Shown piece after piece: positions 57,895-64,000 of a DNA stretch of 64,000 nt; positions within the stretch are counted from its first letter, which is position 1, and the number at the start of each line of letters is the position of its first letter. The translations under genes were made by a program, and so were the position numbers. The stretch covers positions 32,001 to 96,000 of the forward strand of contig JAWOEX010000021.1 of assembly GCA_046482545.1 (NCBI GenBank), read 5' to 3'. This DNA is from Candidatus Thorarchaeota archaeon. Its GTDB lineage: Archaea > Asgardarchaeota > Thorarchaeia > Thorarchaeales > Thorarchaeaceae. The notes under the pieces were generated by a model. The model was not told the DNA's origin. It searched no databases and saw only the letters and a program-made list of their open reading frames with translations.

Positions 57895-60800
57895 CTATTC
57901 AACCCCAAAGAACTCTCTGATGTCGAACTCTTCGTCTTCTTCTTCCTGTTCTTTCTTGGTTTTCCGATTCTTTGGCGGGGAATATGTATCGCCACCGAGG
58001 TCTATAATCTTCTCTCCTTTCCGTCGTTTCCGATAAGACCAAGCACCCAATATGACCAAAGCGCCGATTCCAACAATGGTGACTGCCAGCCAAGGAGATG
58101 GACGAATATAGAGGTAATCGTTAAACTGAAGGGTAAGCGTATCATAACCGGTCTTTCTTGCATTCAAGATGAGGTCATAGTAGCCGGTTCTATTGGCAGT
58201 CCATTTCTCATCAAGAACAATCTCATAGGTCCCTGTACCCGCAGCTCTGGCTTCGACTTGGATAGAACCAATCCTTGCTTGAACTTCAGCATCTGAAACG
58301 GCATTACCATTCCTGTCCGTGATGAAGAAGGATATTGTGACACGGTCTCCCTCCCATATGATTTCCTGAGAAAGCCCTATTCTTGTGAGCATCAGAGACG
58401 GCTGCTGGTACCACAGTGCGGCATTCTCAAGGAAAGCACTCTTCGAATTCCCTGTAGGACTGAGAGTTGTAAGTGCTACCTTTCCAAATCCATCTACGCC
58501 AGCTAGGAGGACGGGGTAATTCTCAGTACCAGCTAGTACGGTTAAATTGGATTCATAGCTCGTAAAAGTACCTAGATGAGTAATATTTTCACCTAGAGAA
58601 TTGGGTGACGTAATGAGCGGGTGTTGCGGTTCTGCTAATGTGAACTGTGAACCTGCCAATCTATCAGAGAATGAGAAGCTCCACGGTAACCAAGTGGCAT
58701 TTCCATCGATTCCCATGATAATCAGAGATCCACCATAATATACGTAGTCAAGAATCTCATTGGTATACTGGGGCATCCAATCTGAGAACAACGCAAGCGA
58801 AGCTGGTTCTATCAGAACGGATCGTCGTAAATTAAGCAACCACATGAAATCTGAACTGTTGGATTCCGAATAGAACTCATGTTCAATTGCCAATTCGTTG
58901 AGAGTAGCAGGAATATAATTGGTATGACCAAGAACAGCAACAGAAGGAATGCCACGGCCGGGAGTGTGACCATCATAGTTTTCAGATGAGGGGTCGCTAG
59001 AGGCAATCCGTGGCGTTGAATCTGGTTCATAGAGATTGATGCCGGGGTCGCCAAACAAGATGTATTGATTGGCATAGTCCACAGGGTTGCCATTCAGGTG
59101 ATTGGAGTAATCCATAGAGACAGCATGAAGAGCAGACGTTAGAGCATTGCCGGTAGCACTGCCATTTGCTAGCGACTCGATGACAAGAGTTGATAACAAT
59201 CCGGCTGCTCTAAAATAAACTGTTCTGGGAGAGGCCATGACCCCTACTGCACCATGTTCCATCAGCGTTACGGGTAGTTTTGAGCCGCCGAGCAAACAAG
59301 CAGTGATAAACACAATAGGCGAGCCAATATTGTCAATCGCCCTTGACAATTCATCAGTTGTTCTCATAACATGGTGAGCTTTTTCAGATGGGAAAGCTAC
59401 AGGATTGACGAGTCGGTCGTTGTCCTCATCACTTTCGCGGTTCGATACGCTTTCTTCGAAACCATAGGGGCTGTCTGCATCTCGGAGTGAGAAATAACCA
59501 ACACCATTGGGTCGGGCTGGGGGGTCAGCCGGATATCTGGTGAGTGTTCCATGTGTACTAAGTGCCCATAGAGACACTTGGGATGCTATACTGTCAAAAA
59601 CCTCGTTCACACCAACGTGCATTCGTGTATTGAAACCCATATTTTCCAAAGGACTCTGAGTGTCCTCTACTTGGTAAATGTCATGAATATTGCCGAAATT
59701 GTCGGAATAGCTGGCCCCGTCTGTATACGCATATAGTGAGAGTAGTGTGTCATCGGAGGATTCAGCAGTGTGGAACAGGAAACGGTGTAGGATGGCTTTA
59801 GAAATCATGACTGAGGCTAGCTCAGCATTTCTTGCTGGTATTCTGCCAGGTGAGAAATGTGTTTGTAGTGACCTGTCAAAACTCGGTTTTATGAGATTGA
59901 TTGGTGAGATGATAACAGCTGACTGACCTACAGAAGAATTGTAGGCTCCTCGTTCATCCAAAAAGGATTCGAAAGTATCTACGTTTCGGCGCATTGTATA
60001 CATATTTGGTATCCGGTCGTCATACCAGCCATTTTCGGTTCTCGTCGAATACCGACTGGTAACATAGATTTCGATTTCAGGGCCAATTTTGTATGGCGCC
60101 CAAGTACTCTCGGCCATTGTCGTGACTGCGTTATCCTCTCCACAGAGTGAGAAAACAGGAGCACCATGAAATGCACCCGATAGAGCGGCCGCAGGATAGA
60201 ATTCATTACCCGTTCCTCGAGGAACTGTGGCAACAATATCGTTGTTCTTTGAAAGATTCTTAATACAGTCGCTAACCATAGGGTGGTTTTCCAGAACTGT
60301 CAAGATACCTGTTGACTCTAGCTGTGATTCGACTTCTGCTGAATGCACATCATACGGATCAACAAGAAAGACAACATCAGAGTCCAGTCTGTTTAAAGCG
60401 TTTAGAGTAACCGCTGGTACACTTTGCTCTTCGGTGTACAGCAGGGGCGCGTTCATGAGAGATGCCAGGACTGCAGCATTCGCAGCGCTTTCGAAATACA
60501 CATCTGGATTGGTTTGCAGTTTCTCTGTCTGCCAGTTTAGTTCGATATTGTTGGTTTCACCATTGGGATCCATCCAAGCACCGACAGCTTTCCAAGAACC
60601 AGCACGCGGATAGGGTATTTCAATGGAATTGAGGCCTGCTCCCGAAAGAAGACTCCCAGCAGGTGCCCATTGAACCATTCTCCCCGATGGGTCCATCAAT
60701 GCAAGATTGATGTTGGTCCCTGCATTATCCCAGTCAGCTGTCAGATTGAGCCACTTGGTATTCGGAGGTACGGTAATTTCTTGTGAAAATCCGGGGTAAT

Positions 60801-61728
60801 ATGAAATGTCACAGTCCATTTCCACAGGAGCCGAGGGAATTGATTCAATCCCAATTTCCATGGTGTACTCTCCATCCAATCTCTTTGGCAGCCAGAAATG
60901 GAGTGGGACGAGTTCGTCTACAAAGTCAGGATCCCGCTGATATCGAGTTTGAAGGGCGAGAGAATAATCAATTACAACACCATTCGGGTCAATCAGCTTG
61001 TGGGTGAAATAATCAGTGCCCGCCCAATCAAATGAACCATATAGCCATCCAGCATCGGTTGGGGGAGTAAATGGAATGCTAGCACCGCTACTTGGTGAAA
61101 CTGTTGCAGATGTGTTATAGGATTGAGGGCTAGAACCATCCAATGAATGAGTTGAAGTTCCAGACGTTGTATTCAGGTTAGGCATAGCATCATTAGCAAT
61201 CCCAATGACAACTGCATCTGAAGACGTCCAGTCTGATAGCGCAAGCTGGGCAGCAATCTCAGCCGATGAATCACCTTCGATATGAGGGAATATCTCTTTA
61301 CCGAACGAGTCTCGGAGAGCCATGCTTTCCTGAATCGAATAATCGCCAATTGTAAGGAGTTGTTCTAATCCTCCATCAACTGACAGGTAATCCGCCCAAT
61401 CATCTATCAGCCAATCCTGTGAATCTGAACTTGACGATAAGATTACGGGCGATACATACTTGGTTCCGTCATAGTTGAATACGCTAGTTGGTACGGCTGC
61501 CATGTAAGAAAACTCATCGATGTATGAATTCGAATCAGGAGATACGAATACCGCACGACGCAATGCGGTGGAATTCTGTTCCTGAGCATTCGATGTAGCG
61601 AATTCTGCAGCTGCTTCTGATTGCGTCGAATACAAAACTCGAAATGAGGCGGCAAACGGTAGGAATAAGATGCTCAAGAGAAAAATGGTTGCAATCAATG
61701 AACGAGGTGCCTTCTTTCGATCGAGCAA
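57895..61728 (-). CDS. Large membrane-anchored surface protein with cell-wall-binding-2-like repeats and a C25 (gingipain-like) peptidase domain
   Basis: Signal peptide; AAVLASLMNAPLLYT..SVP; STHG...ITACL...YILFGDP; C-terminal TM helix + charged tail. Confidence 0.6.
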   Translation of the reverse strand: MLDRKKAPRSLIATIFLLSILFLPFAASFRVLYSTQSEAAAEFATSNAQEQNSTALRRAVFVSPDSNSYIDEFSYMAAVPTSVFNYDGTKYVSPVILSSSSDSQDWLIDDWADYLSVDGGLEQLLTIGDYSIQESMALRDSFGKEIFPHIEGDSSAEIAAQLALSDWTSSDAVVIGIANDAMPNLNTTSGTSTHSLDGSSPQSYNTSATVSPSSGASIPFTPPTDAGWLYGSFDWAGTDYFTHKLIDPNGVVIDYSLALQTRYQRDPDFVDELVPLHFWLPKRLDGEYTMEIGIESIPSAPVEMDCDISYYPGFSQEITVPPNTKWLNLTADWDNAGTNINLALMDPSGRMVQWAPAGSLLSGAGLNSIEIPYPRAGSWKAVGAWMDPNGETNNIELNWQTEKLQTNPDVYFESAANAAVLASLMNAPLLYTEEQSVPAVTLNALNRLDSDVVFLVDPYDVHSAEVESQLESTGILTVLENHPMVSDCIKNLSKNNDIVATVPRGTGNEFYPAAALSGAFHGAPVFSLCGEDNAVTTMAESTWAPYKIGPEIEIYVTSRYSTRTENGWYDDRIPNMYTMRRNVDTFESFLDERGAYNSSVGQSAVIISPINLIKPSFDRSLQTHFSPGRIPARNAELASVMISKAILHRFLFHTAESSDDTLLSLYAYTDGASYSDNFGNIHDIYQVEDTQSPLENMGFNTRMHVGVNEVFDSIASQVSLWALSTHGTLTRYPADPPARPNGVGYFSLRDADSPYGFEESVSNRESDEDNDRLVNPVAFPSEKAHHVMRTTDELSRAIDNIGSPIVFITACLLGGSKLPVTLMEHGAVGVMASPRTVYFRAAGLLSTLVIESLANGSATGNALTSALHAVSMDYSNHLNGNPVDYANQYILFGDPGINLYEPDSTPRIASSDPSSENYDGHTPGRGIPSVAVLGHTNYIPATLNELAIEHEFYSESNSSDFMWLLNLRRSVLIEPASLALFSDWMPQYTNEILDYVYYGGSLIIMGIDGNATWLPWSFSFSDRLAGSQFTLAEPQHPLITSPNSLGENITHLGTFTSYESNLTVLAGTENYPVLLAGVDGFGKVALTTLSPTGNSKSAFLENAALWYQQPSLMLTRIGLSQEIIWEGDRVTISFFITDRNGNAVSDAEVQARIGSIQVEARAAGTGTYEIVLDEKWTANRTGYYDLILNARKTGYDTLTLQFNDYLYIRPSPWLAVTIVGIGALVILGAWSYRKRRKGEKIIDLGGDTYSPPKNRKTKKEQEEEDEEFDIREFFGVE

Positions 61729-61868
61729 TCTAAGGGATCTCCTTTCTTCAAGTACTCGGATTTGCCCGACTACAAATAGCCTTTTCCCAACTGGCCTGAA
61801 AGAATACTTCCATGTTGAGTGAAATCAGACATTATTCTCAATAGAGGCGTTTTGGTCATATTTTGTCC

Positions 61869-62717
61869 TTAGATACCGGGTACTTCCCCGAAATCGTCAT
61901 CATCTTCTTCTTCGTCCGGAAGGGCGTCAAACACCGCATCGGTTCTCTTCCTTAATCGACGACGAGTTGCTTTCGGTATGTCCCAATACTTGCTCTCGGC
62001 CCTCTCGATAACTTCACGTGTAATCTCATATAGTTCGGCCTCGAAATAGTTCTCCGAGGCTTCTACGAAGTATTCAGCCGATTTCTTCTGGTTATTCTGT
62101 AGTTCGCAAATATCACCCAAGAGCGAAAGGGCATCTCCAATCCCGGCCTTGTCATCAATTTCTTCATAGATCTTCAGAGCTTTCTTGAACTCCCGCTCCG
62201 CCTTGTCCCACTCTTCTTGATCTGCCCTAGCATTACCCAAATCCATTCTGACGCTTGCCATGCCCTGCTTATTGTCCAAGTCTTTGTATATGCGCTTGGC
62301 TTTTCTGAACAGGCTAATAGCTTCATCAAATTCATCAAGACCAAGCTTGGTCAATGCAAGAGCATACATCGCATCAGCAGTTCCACTTTCATCTGAAGCT
62401 TGTTCGAACATATCAATTGCAGATTCGAGGGTCTTTTCGGAGGCTTCCAGCTCTTCATTGTTCATCTGGGCCACGCCGAGGTTGTACAACGCATCACCCC
62501 GCCCCTCTTTATCTCCCAGACTCTCGAAAATCTCAAGTGCCTGCCCGAAGCCATTGAGAGCCTCGTCAAATTCACCGATGCTCATGTAATAGTTACCGGC
62601 CGTATTGAAAGCGCGAGCTGCTAATTCTTCTTCCCCCGCCTCCTTTGCAGCCCTAGCCCGTTCCATCAGTTGTACCGGATCAAAGTCCGCGTCTTCTTCG
62701 CTCATGAGGCTCACCAT
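61869..62717 (-). CDS. TPR-repeat protein
   Basis: Repeated ~40-aa units A...LG......A......AL.IY..L.D..G. Confidence 0.88.
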   Translation of the reverse strand: MVSLMSEEDADFDPVQLMERARAAKEAGEEELAARAFNTAGNYYMSIGEFDEALNGFGQALEIFESLGDKEGRGDALYNLGVAQMNNEELEASEKTLESAIDMFEQASDESGTADAMYALALTKLGLDEFDEAISLFRKAKRIYKDLDNKQGMASVRMDLGNARADQEEWDKAEREFKKALKIYEEIDDKAGIGDALSLLGDICELQNNQKKSAEYFVEASENYFEAELYEITREVIERAESKYWDIPKATRRRLRKRTDAVFDALPDEEEDDDDFGEVPGI

Positions 62718-62772
62718 TCAACTCATAGATTCAGAGGATTTGACTTACTTTTGATTCTTTCTGATTGTAGTT

Positions 62773-63477
62773 CTAGCTAGACTGCATAACTAGAACCGGG
62801 TTTTCAAGCAATGGTTGGAGTGAGTCTTCCACCACAAACCGCTTGTCCCCGACATCCACTTCAAGGAGTTTTCTCAGCTCAAATCTGCGAAGATGGCCAA
62901 CTGCTTGTTCGCGCGATATGTTCAAATCAGACATAAGTCCCTGCAGACCATCGTCCGCACCACTATATTCAGCGAACTTTGCAAAAATTTCGCTCCACTG
63001 CATCATTGATAAGTAGAGCAGAGTACGTAGAGCATTTTCTACGTTCTTGCCCGTCCTTGCGGAACACGGAATAACCGGAAGTCCGGCTAGAAATTTCATG
63101 CTTTTCCGCAGTCCATCTACTCGTCTCGCTTCTTCCAAGTCTTGTTTGTTGGCAGCAACAACACAGGGTACACCTGGAAGAAAAAACGCAATTTCCCTGA
63201 AGAAGAGCTTCGCCCTGGCATCCGCTTCAGAGTCAACACTGTCGACCACAAAGATGATGCCATCTGCCCCCGAACTGAGAATCTTCCTCATTGTGCGAAA
63301 TCGCAACAGCCCGGGTGTTCCGAAGAGGAAGACAGGGATTTCAGAAATCTCGACTGTTGCATGATCCATAGCTATTGTAGTACCCCTTCGTTCAATATTG
63401 ATACAATTGCCATCGCTTAGGTTGTGAATGAGTTTACTTTTCCCAGTAGAATGGCTACCCGTAACGACGATTTTCAT
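62773..63477 (-). CDS. Small GTPase (MglA/conservon ATP-GTP-binding type) with C-terminal helical/wHTH domain
   Basis: KIVVTGSHSTGKS, TTIAMD, FGTPG..RF, DGIIFVVDS, NKQD, CSA. Confidence 0.85.
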   Translation of the reverse strand: MKIVVTGSHSTGKSKLIHNLSDGNCINIERRGTTIAMDHATVEISEIPVFLFGTPGLLRFRTMRKILSSGADGIIFVVDSVDSEADARAKLFFREIAFFLPGVPCVVAANKQDLEEARRVDGLRKSMKFLAGLPVIPCSARTGKNVENALRTLLYLSMMQWSEIFAKFAEYSGADDGLQGLMSDLNISREQAVGHLRRFELRKLLEVDVGDKRFVVEDSLQPLLENPVLVMQSS

Positions 63478-63727
63478 TTTGAATTTGCACCTATGTGTGG
63501 AACGAATTTCGTCCCAGCCATATGGAACGAACTTCGCCGTTAACTGAGTGGAACAGACTTCACAATTAAATCATTTGTCGTTGGCTAGGGGAATTCGGGA
63601 CGAAAAATCCAGATGAGATGAGCAGTCTGTCGAAGGCAATGTCGATAATTGTCATACCTATTAACAAAGCAGTTATATCGTCAAAACACGTATTTTTATG
63701 TGTAATATCACTTGGAGTGAAATCTGA

Positions 63728-63892
63728 ATGGCACAAGTTAAGAAAGATATGAAGCACGACTTCTGGTTGTTTCATGATGCAGAAGTGCAGGAGATTCTTG
63801 AGCTGCGAAAGTTCATACCTCCCCAGCTTGATACGGAGTCGCTTGACGGCATAGACAAGCTCTTCGACGAACTTAACCATCTGTTAGATTGA
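63728..63892 (+). CDS. Small acidic hypothetical protein (54 aa)
   Basis: GGAGTGA SD, then MAQVKKDMKHDFWLFHDAEVQEILELRKFIPPQLDTESLDGIDKLFDELNHLLD*; below the ORF-track cutoff. Confidence 0.55.
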   Translation: MAQVKKDMKHDFWLFHDAEVQEILELRKFIPPQLDTESLDGIDKLFDELNHLLD

Positions 63893-64000
63893 AATCAGCC
63901 CAGTTGGGTATGATTCAAAACTGGTGTACTCCCAGACGGTCAACTCGGACACAACTCAGTAGCTATTTCTTCCCAGTTATCGGCACGAGATGTGAACTCC

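Noticed and set aside
269-63420. Many short ORFs antisense or out of frame to confidently assigned genes
   Set aside because: Shadow ORFs with no independent motifs.
63566-63880. 104-aa - strand ORF
   Set aside because: Probably the antisense shadow of the SD-led + strand small ORF.

Overview
Gene-dense archaeal chromosomal window, most consistent with an Asgard archaeon (probably Thorarchaeia; inferred from gene content). It carries several eukaryote-signature-type genes: two Rab-like GTPases, an MglA-like GTPase, a GTPase-wHTH protein, two Roadblock/LC7 proteins, WD40 and TPR proteins, and a protein resembling a beta-COP/adaptin appendage. It also carries archaeal housekeeping genes: PolB2, CofE, TgtA, HflX, GGPP synthase, tetraether synthase, IleRS, an EF-2 family factor, the PoK/PPS/KPR/CoaBC CoA pathway and tRNA-Gln(CUG). 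The most unusual part is a ~1.9 kb gap with no convincing protein gene (34940-36830). It holds a ~700-800 nt densely base-paired + strand sequence behind a TATA-like box, which I could not match to any RNA family I know. Converging on it are two tandem small-RNA-like units with their own promoters, an identical 52-nt core and different but still pairing closing stems. Other candidate systems are a Roadblock / CxxC-thioredoxin (KaiB-like) / KaiC-CI-like / degenerate-KaiC / TPR operon, a Rab-WD40-appendage-Rab protocoatomer-like cluster, and a soluble MetV-MetF-MtrH-MtrA-MtrH-marker-14 methyl-transfer operon. All family calls come from motif recognition and recalled sequences, not from database searches.
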